64,000 nucleotides of DNA. Origin: Octopus vulgaris. Lineage: Eukaryota. This document shows positions 44,782 to 59,089 of this stretch, one piece after another. The number at the start of each line of letters is the position of its first letter. The stretch's first letter is position 1. The DNA lies in the NCBI GenBank assembly GCA_951406725.2, contig OX597815.1:4030001-4094000 (forward strand), given 5' to 3'. The translations under genes and the position numbers were made by a program. Below the pieces are notes generated by a model that searched no databases, was not told the origin of the DNA, and saw only the letters and a list, made by a program, of their open reading frames with translations.

Positions 44782-45571
44782 TGCATACATACATACATAT
44801 ATACATATATATATAATATATATGCATACATAATAATAATATATGATATATGATATATATATATATATATATATAATACATACATACATACATTCATACA
44901 TACATACATACATACATTCATACATACATACATAGCCATACATGGGCCCGGTTAAATGTTGGCTATGCGTATGTGTTCTCTTGTGACGGGATGCCAGTCC
45001 ATCGCAGCGTTACTCAAAAGAGATGAGTGACAGGACGTGAAAGAAGGTGGAACACAACGCATCGCCCGGTCCAGGACGATTGCACATAGTAGATCTTGGT
45101 GACAGACACCCTAAACACTAAGCCACGCGCATACACACTCTTGGACACAAACACATCACACGAAACACACACACAGGCAGTAAAGGACACACACACACAC
45201 ACAGGATATATGTAATATGAATAATATATGGCCTGTGCTATTTTCAGGTAATAAACATTTTGTTTTATTGCTATTCGTTATTCTATTATTTCTCGATCAG
45301 AACCAATGAGATTTGACTATATAAGAAAGTTGTAATTTTGTGTTTGTAATATTTCGTCTGCGCAGTGATTGACTTAGTTAGAAAGAGCAAGTAGACGTCA
45401 CAAGTTGTCTATCGGGTTGCGATTTACAGAATAACAGTGTAATCTTACTGAAGAGTGTTTGAGCAAATAAATATGTTTGTGTGTGTGTGTGTGTACATGT
45501 GTTATAAAAGTTTTTATTTTCATTTCACTAAATTTATCATTTAAATATCTAGTACATACTTCGCCGCTTAA

Positions 45572-47248
45572 TCTCTTATTATAAAAGGCAGATTTTATCT
45601 GCCTCCCTTTGGGAGTTATACAAATCTACAATATAAGATTTCTTCAATTACAATTTACCTAGCATTTTTGAGATACAATGCATCGCGTCATGCCAGGTCC
45701 AGTTTTTAAAATTTAAATCCAATTAAGCAAAATTTACAGAAAACTCACATTCTGGTGTGTGTGTCAAATGTTTTTCTTAATGTGGTTTACACCACACGCA
45801 AACGCACACACACACAAAGGGAGCGAATTGTTTCACTGACGCTATCACCCTTCTCCTCCTTTGTCTTTGCAAGTTGGCAGCTATTAAAGTGAAAACAGTG
45901 AATCCGACAGCGATTAAGAACACGAATTAGCACCTGAATGGAGTGAAAATTTAAAAACTGTTTCTTTCGGTGATTTTTCTGAAGAAACTGCACCAAGCCA
46001 CAGACTTTCCCAGAAGAGTAAAGCCTTACACTATTTCTATTTACTTTTTCGAATGAGCCCATTTAAAATCATTACGGCAGAAACGAAACGTTACGCTAAA
46101 CGTAAACAAAACGAAAGAAACGATAGTTTGTTATTTCCCACAACCTTAAATGAAATTAAGGCCTATTTTGCCATAAATATTATTATGGGTATCAGAAATT
46201 TTGTTGTATACCCAATTGAATATTAGCTAATAACCCATTTTCTATAGCGATGTTTGAACAAAATTTTAATAATTTTACAGAAAGTTACCCAGAATAACAA
46301 ATTCTATCGTAAAATTTTGTTGTATACCCAATTAGCTAATAACCCATTTTCTATAGCGATGTTTGAACAAAATTTTAATAATTTTACAGAAAGTTACCCA
46401 GAATAACAAATTCTATCGTAAAATTTTGTTGTATACCCAATTGAATATTAGCTAATAACCCATTTTCTATAGCGATGTTTGAACAAAATTTTAATAATTT
46501 TATATATTGTTGAATTTACCTGTATCTACCTGCAATTAGAGTCACTTTGTGACAAAAATTATAGTATAGAATTGGTTGAGGACATTTCATTAAATTATCT
46601 TCCAAAAATCACATTAATATATTGATAAATAAAAAAGTTATAGTTGTTTAATGAAACCAGACTAAATTTATGATTACGTTAGAAATTAATTGAAACACAT
46701 AAGGGGTGTATTTTGGTCAGAAATATAGTAACGAAAGGATTAAGAAAAACCAAAAAATATTTTATTCTTTATAAATGTTGTATTCAAAATAACATTTTCT
46801 TTTAAGAATGCGTATATAACAAAGTATGTGTATATAACTACGTGGCTTATATCTTTATATATAAAAGTCAAGTTGTGTGTCTGTCTCCTACGATTTAGAT
46901 TCCTAACTACTCCCACATTTTGCGGTGCAGTGTAACCAAAACCGGGTATCTTATAGTCGTGATTCATATCGAGCCCTTCTGGGTATTAGCGCGCGTCTAC
47001 GATGAGTCTACGATTTTAAAAAATTTACCATCATATTTTTCCATTTTAATGCATTTTTTTCGCTATTATATAAGGGAAGTAACTCTCTAAAAATATCTAC
47101 GATGTGTCAACGATTTAAAAAGAAATTTACCTTAATTTTTTTTCCATTTTTTATGCATTTTTTTCCTATTTTTTGGCTATAACTCTCTAAAAATGCTTAT
47201 ATAGTTATTTCCCTTACAAACCCGAGCAACGCCGGGCGATACTGCTAG
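45572..47248 (+). mobile_element. Composite Helitron with two 5' ends (45572, 46852) and one CTAG end
   Basis: A|TCTCTTATTATAAAAG and A|TCTTTATATATAAAAG starts; CCCGAGCAACGCCGGG hairpin plus CTAG|T; ~110-116-bp tandem repeat at 46196-46500. Confidence 0.7.
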
Positions 47249-47331
47249 TGTACTTATATATGAATAATATATGGCCTGTGCTAGAAACACCAGCGATAAT
47301 AATTAATTTTATTTTATCGCATTCTGACTTT

Positions 47332-47372
<41 letters not shown>

Positions 47373-47431
47373 TGCATACATACATACATATATACATATA
47401 TTTGTATATGTATATATATGCATACATATAT

Positions 47432-47475
<44 letters not shown>

Positions 47476-47544
47476 TACATACATACATACATACATACAT
47501 ACATACATACATACATACATACATACATACATACATACGATATA

Positions 47545-47790
47545 AATGTTGGCTGGTTGATTTCTCTTGTGACTTTCTGTATCGTATCAAAAGAGATAAA
47601 GAGTGAAAGGAGTTCCAAAGAGGTGGAACCAAGCGGGTGCAGGACGATTGCACATAGTAGACTTGGTGACAGACAATGAGTAAAAGTACGCCATACCCTC
47701 TTGGAGAGAAAGGAATCATAGAAACAGGGCAGGTAGGGGACAGGCAATAAAGGACAGAGTTTAAATAGAAGGAGTTATGCAATATATATT
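47545..47790 (-). mobile_element. Decayed CR1/Jockey-group LINE C-terminus
   Basis: [18 protein letters not shown] / [13 protein letters not shown]. Confidence 0.5.
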
Positions 47791-48056
47791 ATGTTATTTT
47801 CAATTTTATTTTCAGGTAATAAACATTTTTTTTTTGAAAATTACTATTCGTTATTCTATTATTTTGTATGAGAACCAAAAGATTTGATAAAATTTAAGTT
47901 GTAATTCTTGTGTGTTTGTAATATTTCCTGGAATTACCTGTTGTGGCAGAAGTATACGTCCGACGTTACCCTACACATGAAGTGTAACACTCTAATGTGT
48001 GTTTTGTGTGTGTGTGTGTACATGTGTCTACACAAACACACATTCATTTAAATATC

Positions 48057-48125
<69 letters not shown>

Positions 48126-48162
48126 CTCTGTCTACCCTTCTCTGGATCTTTCCTTCTCCCAT

Positions 48163-48197
48163 GTTTCCGACGAAGAGCTCCGCTCGAAACATTAAAC
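48163..48197 (+). ncRNA. Minimal HHR (H1, CCGACGA), stem III mutated
   Basis: gttt-CCGACGA-a-gagc-tcc-gctc-GAAA-C-ATT-aaac. Confidence 0.65.
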
Positions 48198-48301
48198 CCT
48201 CCTTCTTTCCTTCTTTCCTGAGCGTCCAATAATACTATATTTGTTCCACGTCCTCGTGTTGTTATGTTTTTTTGTGTTTTCTTGTTTGGATTAACTATAT
48301 T

Positions 48302-48370
<69 letters not shown>

Positions 48371-48969
48371 AATGTGAGGATAAAATTCTTTTCGAAAAGA
48401 TTTTATCAATGGCCAGCATATTAAAAAATACCTTTAACGGTTAAATTTATAAACAATTCATAAATGAGGGCAAAGGAAAAAAATTTCTAATGCCAAATAT
48501 GCCGAAAAATTGGACCTATTATCCATTAACCATATATATATATATATATAAATTAAATTAAAGATAAAACCACTATTAGGCAACTCAAACAGTGATGAAA
48601 ATAAACCAAAGCATAAAAAACAAAAATAAATATAATCAATATAATATATAATATATATATAATATTTAATTTTTTTATACTTTTTGGTTAGTTAAAAAAA
48701 AATTTTTTTATTCAAAAATATAAAAATTTAAAAATATAAAAATATTTAAATTTAAAAATATAAAAATATTTAAATTTTAATAATTTAAATTTTATATTAT
48801 TTATTATACCAATTATATTTTTATTTTTTTATGTTTTGGTTTATGTCTATCACTGTTTGAGTTGCTAATAGTGGTTTTATCTCTAATTTAATTTATATTT
48901 ATACTGTGAATTTTGATTTAATCCTAAATCTAATTTTTCCCTGTATGTTTGGATATACTCCCTAATATT

Positions 48970-49029
<60 letters not shown>

Positions 49030-49114
49030 TATATGTATTATATATATACATATATATATATATATGCATATATATATGCATATATATATATATATATGCA
49101 TATATATATATATG

Positions 49115-49172
<58 letters not shown>

Positions 49173-49514
49173 TATATATATATGCATATATATATATATA
49201 TATGCATATATATATATATGCATATATATATATATATATATATATGCATATAAATATTCATTTAAATATCAGATTTTAATTATTAAATCTGAATGTAAAA
49301 ACAAAAGAACAGACCTCACTTTTTTTCTATAGGGAGGGGAGTAATATAGATGATATCAATTTATTTTATTGGTGTCCGCCCCTTAAAACAGGAAATGTAA
49401 TGTCGACCTCGCTACGATTCGAACGCGCACACATACGAGACAATTTCATTTCGCGTACATGACTGTGAAAGCAAGGACGAGAGACAGAACCCAAGAAGCC
49501 CCACCTTTTACTCT

Positions 49515-49925
49515 CTCTTTACTCTTTTACTTGTTTCAGTCATTTGACTACGGCCATGCTGGAGCACCGCCTTTAGTCGAGAAAATAGACCACGGGACTT
49601 ATTCTTTTGTAAGCCCAGTACTTATTCTATCGGTCTCTTTTGCCGAACCGCTAAGTAACGGGGACATAAACACACCAGCATCGGTTGTCAAGCAATGCTA
49701 GGGGTACAAACACAGACACACAAACACACACACGCATATATATATATATATATATATATATACGACGGGCTTCTTTCAGTTTCCGTCTACCAAATCCACT
49801 CACAAGGCTTTGGTCGGCCCGGGGCTATAGTAGAAGACACTTGCCCAAGGTGCCACGCAGTGGGACTGAACCCGGAACCATGTGGTTGGTAGACAAGCTA
49901 CTTACCACACAGCCACTCCTGCGCC
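49515..49925 (-). mobile_element. SINE family 2, full length
   Basis: Complete head, core and tail. Confidence 0.88.
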
Positions 49926-50422
49926 TATAGAAATATTTGGTGGCAGGCGGCGTTGTCATGGGCGCAACGTTTTAAATAAACATACATAACTATACACGTC
50001 CCTAAATGGTATCAGTGACCCCTTTTGTAGAATATGTGATGTGTAAGGGGTATAGATAACAGGCGCTCCTTGAAACAAGATTATTTTAAATCAGAGTCAC
50101 ACGTCCGGCAGCCGTCTTCAATACGTGCTAAGTATACCGAGGAGTATAAATACAATAGGCTGGACAATACAATATAAGGTTGGTTCTTTGAATGGTTTTG
50201 TATTAAACACTGGAAGTGTTTTGTGTTTTGTGTTTAGTGGTGATTAAAAGAAATGCGTATACACACATACATACATATATACACACACACGCGTATATAC
50301 GTATAAACATGTATAAACACACAGCGTAAATATAAATATCTGTCGTACACGACCGTACACAAATGAGTGTAAGGGTAGATATTTATATATGTATATATAT
50401 ATGCATATGTATGTATATCCAT

Positions 50423-50453
<31 letters not shown>

Positions 50454-50459
50454 ATGTGT

Positions 50460-50520
<61 letters not shown>

Positions 50521-50599
50521 TATATGTGTGTATATGTATATATATATATAAGCATGTGTGTATATGTATATATATATAAGTTTGGAATAATATTCCCTC

Positions 50600-50648
<49 letters not shown>

Positions 50649-50649
50649 A

Positions 50650-50697
<48 letters not shown>

Positions 50698-50743
50698 GGA
50701 ATATTATTTCAAACTTATATATATATACATATACACACATGCT

Positions 50744-50776
<33 letters not shown>

Positions 50777-50917
50777 ATAAATATATGTGAGTATGGATGG
50801 ATTCATAAATGGATGCCTGTATACGTATATAAGATAGACGCAGCCACCTGCATGTTTACACACACACACAAACAGAGAGAGAGATACATATATATATATA
50901 GAGAGAGGGAGGGGGGG

Positions 50918-50995
<78 letters not shown>

Positions 50996-51542
50996 GCGTT
51001 TGTGTGTGTGCGTGCGATTATATATTCTCTTGTATTATGTCCAGTGCCTTAACTGCAAATATTCAATTAAAGAATTACAGACCTGACAATAAATTCCGGG
51101 GGACCATGTGATCAAACAAATAGTTGGAGGCGGTACCCCAGCATGGCCACAGCACGCACACAACCCCCCACCACCACCACACACACACACAAACAGTATG
51201 CATATATATATACATATATATACAAAACATTGTTGATTCGGGGTAGCATTTCAAACATTGAAAAGAATTACAAATGGTGTAAATCTGTGAATATCGTTTA
51301 CTGTCACACACACCTCACCGTGCAGGTGGTTGGTTTGTTGGGGAGGGGGGAGAGAGAGAGAGAGGGAGGGAGGGAGAGAGGGAGGGAGAGAGAGAGAGAG
51401 AGAGACGACCAGTGACAACAAGACGGACACGTATATATGGATATACATATATATGTGTATATGTATATATGTACTCTTACTTTTATTCTTGTATTCTTTT
51501 ATTTGTTTCAGTCATTTGACTGCGGCCATACTGGAGCACCGC

Positions 51543-51600
<58 letters not shown>

Positions 51601-52027
51601 AAATCGGTATTTCGTCTGCCGTTACGTTCTGTGTTCAAATTCCGCCAACGTCGACTTTACCTTTCATCCTTTCGGGGTCGATAAATTAAGTAGCAGTTAC
51701 GCTCTGGGTTCGATATAATCAACTAGCCCCCTTCCCCTAAAATTTTCGAGGCCTTGTGCCAAGAGTAGAAATAATGATTTTCATATGATTAGAGCTTTTC
51801 TTAGATTTCTAAATGTAGTTTTATGAATTTCAGCATTACAAATGAATACATTTTGACATCAATATCCGTATTTAGCTTTAATACCAAAGTTGATAATACT
51901 GCATGAGTAGATTATGAAACGGCTGGAATCACATGGAAATCATATGAAAATAAATGGATTTTAATGTATATAAGAAATTAAAAAAGGAAAATACGCACAC
52001 TTACATGGTTTTAATATAATTTTTAAC

Positions 52028-52062
52028 ATATCGACCGGTTTCGCTATCGCTATTCATGATAT
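52028..52062 (-). ncRNA. HHR remnant lacking CTG of the core
   Basis: atatc-ATGA-atagcgatagc-GAAA-CCGG-TC-gatat; stem I and palindromic stem III perfect. Confidence 0.5.
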
Positions 52063-52390
52063 AATGTACCTCTTGAACCCAGTGGCGGACTTGCCAGCTT
52101 GCCAGCTTGCCCGATCCAAGAGGGCCCCTGCGCCATAGAATCCATATATGGGGGCCCATGTTAGTATCTTACTCTCAGTAACCCTTGTATAAACCGTTCT
52201 AAGTGTGTTAACTTGGAGACGTCTTTTAAAACATTGTTGCTCTCCCATGGAGATTTTCTATTTGCTCTCCCATGGAGATTCCGCTTCTCCGTCGCTTCGG
52301 TTCTATGTCTTTATTCTTATTTTCTTCTTTTACTTATTTCTTCTTTTTTTTTGCTCAGTTTTCTAAATTGTTTCTAGTTATGTTTAATTA

Positions 52391-52431
<41 letters not shown>

Positions 52432-52690
52432 TAAGAATGTGTGTGTATATACATATGTGGCAATGTGTGTATACATACGTGGCTGTGTGGTAAGAAGCTT
52501 GCTTCCCAACCACATGGTTCCGGGTTCAATCCCACTGCGTGGCACCTTCGGCAAGTGTCTTCTACTATAGCCACGGGCCGACCAAAGCCTTCTGAGTGGA
52601 TTTGGTAGATATGTGTATATGTTTGTGTGTGTGTTTGCTTCGCCCCACCATCACTTGACAACCGGTGTTGGTGTGTTTACGTCCCCGTGA

Positions 52691-52772
<82 letters not shown>

Positions 52773-52786
52773 CATGTATGTACATG

Positions 52787-53110
52787 GTGAAGGCGCGTGG
52801 CTTAGTGGTTAGGGTATCCGACTCATGATTGTATGGTGGTCTGTTCGATTCCCGGCGACGCGTTGTGTCCTTGAGCAAGACACTTCATTTCACGTTGCTC
52901 CAGTCCACTCAGCTGGCAAAAATGAGTTGTACTTGTTATTCGAAGGGCCAGTCCTGTCACATTCTGTGCCACGTTGAATGTCCCTAAGAACTACATTAAG
53001 GGTATGCGTGTCTATGGAGTACTCAGCCACTTGCAAGCTAATTTCACGAGAAGGCTGCTCCGTTGACTGGATCAGTTGGAACCCTCGTCGTCGTAATCGA
53101 CGGAGTGCCG
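52787..53110 (+). mobile_element. SINE family 4
   Basis: GTGGCTTAGTGGTTAGGG A-box, GTTCGATTCCC B-box, central motif. Confidence 0.8.
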
Positions 53111-53121
53111 GTTATGCGTGT

Positions 53122-53196
<75 letters not shown>

Positions 53197-53269
53197 TGTG
53201 TGTGTGTGGTATAATGCTTTGGTCGGCCCGAGGCTATAGTAGAAGACACTTGCTCAAGGTATATATATA

Positions 53270-53663
53270 CTAGCAGTATCGCCCGGCGTTGCTCGGGTTT
53301 GTTTCGACCCTTTAGAATTGGAATTTTTAAAAAGTAAAAATTTTGCATTATGTAGCTTGTTATTTTCTTTAAGTGAACATTTTTCTGGTTGAAATACACC
53401 GAAAAGTGGCGACACAACAGTCAAAAAATCGCAAAAAATAGCGATTTTCATAGAAAAAAAACACCTTTTTGATGTAAATAATTTTTGGTGTTAACATGGT
53501 CCGATTTGAATTTTTTTCTTCTACGGAAGGAAGAGCAAGCCTTCTTCTATGATACTCTCAATTTTGGTCAACTTGTGCCGCAGGGTCTCGGAGGAGATAG
53601 TGTTTGTTGAAGGCTACCAAACTTGCCATACACAGACAACTTCAGCTTTTATATATATATAGA
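53270..53663 (-). mobile_element. Non-autonomous Helitron
   Basis: Same 3' hairpin and CTAG as 8034 and 47248, different body. Confidence 0.8.
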
Positions 53664-53731
53664 GAGAGAGAGATTGGCAATAACTATGACGATATAGAAT
53701 ATCGAGACTTGTTTATCCTCAAAATGGATTC

Positions 53732-53793
53732 ACCCTGAAGAAGCTGTACTGGAATTCGTGCCCCTAATGTGTGCAGTGGAAACACGTGCAGGT
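53732..53793 (+). ncRNA. Type I HHR, cleavage triplet mutated (GCA)
   Basis: acc-CTGAAGA-a-gctgtac..gtgcagt-g-GAAA-CACGTG-CA-ggt. Confidence 0.65.
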
Positions 53794-53956
53794 CATAAAA
53801 GACCATAATAATAACTTAGAGGAATTTACAGAGTGACTGACAGCTAATAATAGCCATAGACGTTAAATACTGACCGAGGCGGTTGCCGTATACTGGAAAA
53901 TAACTGAGAGCCACCAAGGTATCTGCCCGGATAATGTATCCAAACTCACATTTGTG

Positions 53957-54012
<56 letters not shown>

Positions 54013-55369
54013 TCAAAGACTCGAAAGAGGCTGGCGCTGGTCTGCAAATCAACTATACTCTTTTATAACCAAGTTTACTATCTGTGTATACAAATATATG
54101 CGTGTGTGTGTGTGTGTCTTCATGTTTGTTCCACGCGCCGCTTGACAACCGGTATCGGTTTATTTAGTCCCCATATCTTAGCAGTTCAGCAAAAGGGACG
54201 AGATTAAGTACTATACTTTAAAAAAAAAATGTAAATACTGGGCTGGATTTGTCCGGCTAAACCCATCAAGACAGTGCCCTAGCTTGGCCGCAGTCCAGGG
54301 ATAAAAGTATAAAGGTCTTTTAAGTAAATCATTCGAAGCTGTTAGCTCAGTAAGGTATTTTTAGTTGTATTATCTAGTTGTACACTTGCTTTATCCCTAT
54401 GTTCGTTCTGTTCCGTTAATATTCAACCCCTCGTGACTGACTGCTATTTTCTTGTAAGTCTTCATAGGAAATTGTCGCTTTCTACACTGGCTGCAGGAAC
54501 GAGTAGTTGTAGAAACATCTAGATGTCCCAATACGTAACTACATATATTTTTGTATGGTGTATTGATTTTGTCTGCATATGAATTTTATACAGACGTTGT
54601 TCATAGCCCCGTTTAATGTCTAATTAATTGTTGAGAGTACTCGCAATTAATAATTGTCCTGATAGACGAAACATGTGTGTGTGTGTGTGTGTGTGGTGTG
54701 AGGGGTGTGTATGGTGTGAGGGGGTGAGGGGATGTGGGGTGAGGGGGTGCGTGTGTGTTTCCATTGAGTCAAGACCGACTTGACAACTACCACTGCTACA
54801 CTCACCACCACCATCACCACTATTATCATCAACAGTAGTATTACCAGCAACACTACTACTACTACGACCACAACCACCACCACCAGCGCTACTACAACCA
54901 CTATTAGCATCATCACAACTACCTCTACCACCACCAACACCCTTACCACCACTACCACCACCATACCACCACCATACCACCACCATACCACCACTATTAT
55001 CCACACCATCACTACAACAACTACTACCACCATCACCAGCACTACTATTACCGCTACTACAATTACCACTGGTATCGCTACAATGACTGATCTACCATTG
55101 AACTACCATCCTCTCACTACCCCCATCACTACCCTTCTCTGATCGTCACCATCATCATCACCATCATCATCGCCACTACCAACATCACCACGTCTACCAT
55201 CAACAAGCACCACCACCCCACATTACCACCACCGCCACCTACCGCCATATAACCCTACCCACCAGAACTACTCCAATCCCAACCGCTACATCTCACCCAC
55301 CCCCCACTCAAATCCCCCCCCCCCACACACATACACTCTTTTTCATACCCGCAATACAGTTACCCTCCA

Positions 55370-55630
55370 CCCCAGATCGGTCGACAACGAAATTGAAATT
55401 CCTGACTCTTTACGTGATAATCGACGCCGATTGGCGGGGGCGGGTGGCGAAATGCATGCCGGTCTAGCGCGGCTTCGTCACGTCACAGAGGGGAACCCAT
55501 CCTGAGGAAATAAAGAAATAGACAAACAAACAAAAGTGTGCCGCTGAGTTGGGGGCGGCGCCGTTTAGAGAATGGGTCAGCCATGATGTTTATTGGGGTG
55601 ACGCGGGAATAGTGGGGGGTGTCGCGTTTT
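55370..55630. promoter_or_regulatory. CpG-rich promoter-like patch
   Basis: ATTGG next to GGGGCGGG, GTCACGTCA, second GGGGCGG and ATTGG. Confidence 0.4.
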
Positions 55631-55673
55631 TTAAAAATACCCCTTTTACAGAAAATATATGGAGTCATTCGTG

Positions 55674-55721
<48 letters not shown>

Positions 55722-56554
55722 TATGTGTGTATGTTTATTTATGTGTGTTTGTGAGTGTGTGCGTATGTATTTGTTTGTGTGCGTATGTGTGTGTGTGGGC
55801 GCGAGCGTTTGCAACTGGCTTTACATGTATGTGTGTGTATTTGTCTGCGTATGTGTGTTTGTGTGTATGTGTGTGTACGTGTATTTGTTTGTGCGTGTGT
55901 GCATGTTTGTGTGTGCGTGTGTGTTATTATTTGTTTGTGTATTTGTGTGTGTGTGCGCGCGTTTGCGTATGTATGCGTGTGTACTCGCACGCTCGTGTGT
56001 ATGTGTGTGTGTAATGAAGACTTGTCGCTCCATCTCCTCCGCCCACAATTCCTGGGAGGGTATTGGGGCTAAAGTCCTCCAGCACCACCACCCACCCCGG
56101 ACAGACCCCTGGGGATGTCATCCAACCATTTCGTTCTTGCTCTACACCCGTTGGCTCAGCTTCAAGAAGCCGTCATGTGATTCTTTTCCTGTGACATTCT
56201 AATCACGTGTCCGTTGTGCCGGAATGGTGACCACCCAATGCGAAAAAGCGACGGCTCGGCTTGGACAGACTCCCTGGTATCCGAACTGTCTTTTATCTTC
56301 CATCTTTTACTTGTTTCAGGCATTAGACTGCGGCCATACTGGGGCACCTCCCTTGAAGAATTTTTTATTTTGTCGAATGAATCGACCCTAGTACTTTTTT
56401 AAAGCCTGGTACATATTCTATCAGTCTCTTTTGCTGAACCGCTAAGTTACGGGGACGTAAACACACCAACACCGGCTGTAAAGCATTTATGGGGGAGAAA
56501 CACACGCAAAAAACACACATACATACAGATATACACACACACATGTATATGGAG

Positions 56555-56895
56555 GGGAGGCGCATGCCTCAATGGTTAGAACGTCGAGTTCACAATCATG
56601 AGATAGTGAGTTCGATTCCCGGACGGGGCTGCGTGTTGTGTTCTTGAGCAAGACACTTTATTTCACGTTGCTCCAGTTCACTCAGATGTAGGAATGAGTT
56701 GCGATGTCTCTGGTGCCAAGCTGTATCAGCCCCTTTGCCTTTCCCTTGGACAACATTGATGGCATGGAGAGAGGGAGGCTAGTATGCATGGGTGACTATT
56801 AGTCTTCCATAAACAACCTTGCCCGGACTTGTGCCGCGGAAGGGAACTGTCTAGGTGCAATCCCAATTTCATTCATGACAGAAGGGAGTCTTTAC
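56555..56895 (+). mobile_element. SINE family 4
   Basis: tRNA-like head and central motif. Confidence 0.78.
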
Positions 56896-56896
56896 C

Positions 56897-56977
<81 letters not shown>

Positions 56978-56998
56978 CATATATATATATATATTTAC

Positions 56999-57031
<33 letters not shown>

Positions 57032-57103
57032 TATGTATATATATATGTGTATATATATATATATGTATGTATATATATATGTATATATATATATGTATGT
57101 ATA

Positions 57104-57135
<32 letters not shown>

Positions 57136-57247
57136 AATATATATACATGTATGTATATATGTATATATATATATATGTATGTATATATATATATGTGTTT
57201 ATATATATATATATATATACACATATATATATACATATATATATATG

Positions 57248-57290
<43 letters not shown>

Positions 57291-57292
<2 letters not shown>

Positions 57293-57590
57293 AGGCGCAA
57301 TTGTTTAGTGGTTAGGGCAGCGGACTCGCGGTCGGAGGATCGCGGTTTCGATTCCCAGACCGGGCGTTGTGTGTGTTTATTGAGCGAAAACACCTAAAAA
57401 GCTCCACGATGCTCCGGCAGGGGGTGGTGATCCCTGCTGTACTCCTTCACCACTCTTTCTCTCACTCTTTCTTCTGTTGGCCTGCTCGCTTAGCCACCGG
57501 GGTGGCGTCGTTCGAAGGCTAAAAACAATGCGAACGCATTGTGACCAGCGATGTGTAGCAACATCTGATGGTCTGGTCAGTCACGTCACG
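57291..57590 (+). mobile_element. SINE family 3, followed by a short inverted copy of its tail (57591-57630)
   Basis: Same head and tail as 7210. Confidence 0.82.
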
Positions 57591-57865
57591 TTGTTTTAGC
57601 CTTCGAACGACGCCACCCCGCTGGCTAAGCTTGGATTTTTGAGTTTTACCCTTCGGCTGCACCTCTGGATTACTCTGTCCTCTACTTTTGATGAAAAATC
57701 CTTGCAAAACACCATGACAACTCAAACCTTTGAACTTTACGTAAAACTATTATTATTATCATTATTATTATTACTCTTATTTTTATACTTTCTAAACATT
57801 CCTGTTCTTTCCTTTTGTCGTTTCTTTTTCTCTCCTTTTTTCTCTCCTTGTTTTTTTCTGTGTCC

Positions 57866-57901
57866 CTTTCTGTAGAAGAGCATAGGCTCGAAACGTAAAA
57901 G
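57866..57901 (+). ncRNA. Minimal type I HHR, CTGTAGA core variant
   Basis: cttt-CTGTAGA-a-gagc-atag-gctc-GAAA-C-GTA-aaag; truncated relative at 33656-33685. Confidence 0.75.
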
Positions 57902-58108
57902 ACTTTTTCTATTCCTGAGCGTTATACTAATACATCTGTTTGTTTTGTACACCACCTGTCTTCGTCTTTTGTTTTTTTTCGTGAACTCTCCCCCTATATA
58001 TATATATATGTGTGTGTGTATGTGTGTGTGTGTGTGTGTGAGTGTGTGTGTGTTTGTGTGTGTTTGTGTGTGCGTGTGTGTATGTGTGTATACATATAAA
58101 TACATATA

Positions 58109-58191
<83 letters not shown>

Positions 58192-58247
58192 TTATATGTA
58201 TACACACATACACACACACACACAAACACACACAAACACACACACAT

Positions 58248-58279
<32 letters not shown>

Positions 58280-58624
58280 TTATCGAAGTTGAGAGAATGA
58301 ACAGGTAAAACCCAGGGCATACATGTCTCTTTACTTGCTAATCCTCAAATATATATTCATGATGGACTTCTTTCAGTTTCCGTCTACCAAATCCACCCAC
58401 AAGGTTTTATTCGACCCGAAGCTAAAGTAGAATACACTCTCACAAGGTGCAACGCAGTGGGACTGAACCCGGAACCCTATCCAGTAACCTAACTTATTCA
58501 ATAAACACATTCAATGAGTTTTGTGATACACTGATGATATTGTAATTATTCTCCTACAGAATTGTATACAGCCTCCTTCGACAGTAGGACCTGATATGAC
58601 TGTCCATGCCAGGTAGCTGAGGGA

Positions 58625-58666
58625 TTAGGATTAGGATTAGGGTTAGGGTTAGGGTTAGGGTTAAGG
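58625..58666 (+). repeat. Short interstitial telomere-like array
   Basis: (TTAGGA)2(TTAGGG)4TTAAGG. Confidence 0.8.
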
Positions 58667-59089
58667 ATAATAAGACGTTATCAAATGTCTTACAACCCCC
58701 CCCCCCCGCCGCCAGTGTTGGATTTATATGAAGAGAGGCGCTGGGTTCTCTTCTGCTAGTTTGAGGCTCCTCCTAAAAGACCCATGCCATGGTCAAAAAT
58801 ATTGTACACATTGACCGACCAGGAGCCCCTTAGATTTTGAGGCTTTGCCAGGCCTATAGGTAAATCCACAACTGACCACCGCCTCTGCAAGACCAGCTCA
58901 GAATGCCGGCAACTCAAGCAACTCTTGGGATGTCGTATGCTTGGGAGTGCCACGTTGTTTGGACTTTTCCATATTCAGAGATGGGAAAACTGAAAAATAA
59001 TAAATGCGACAGATAAATATTTTATTCTCACATTTGATAAACATTTTGTATCTATATTTGTCTTACACTGTGGTTATTATTTAGCCCAA

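Noticed and set aside
46196-46500. Repeat array as CRISPR-like
   Set aside because: Plain tandem repeat with no unique spacers, inside a Helitron
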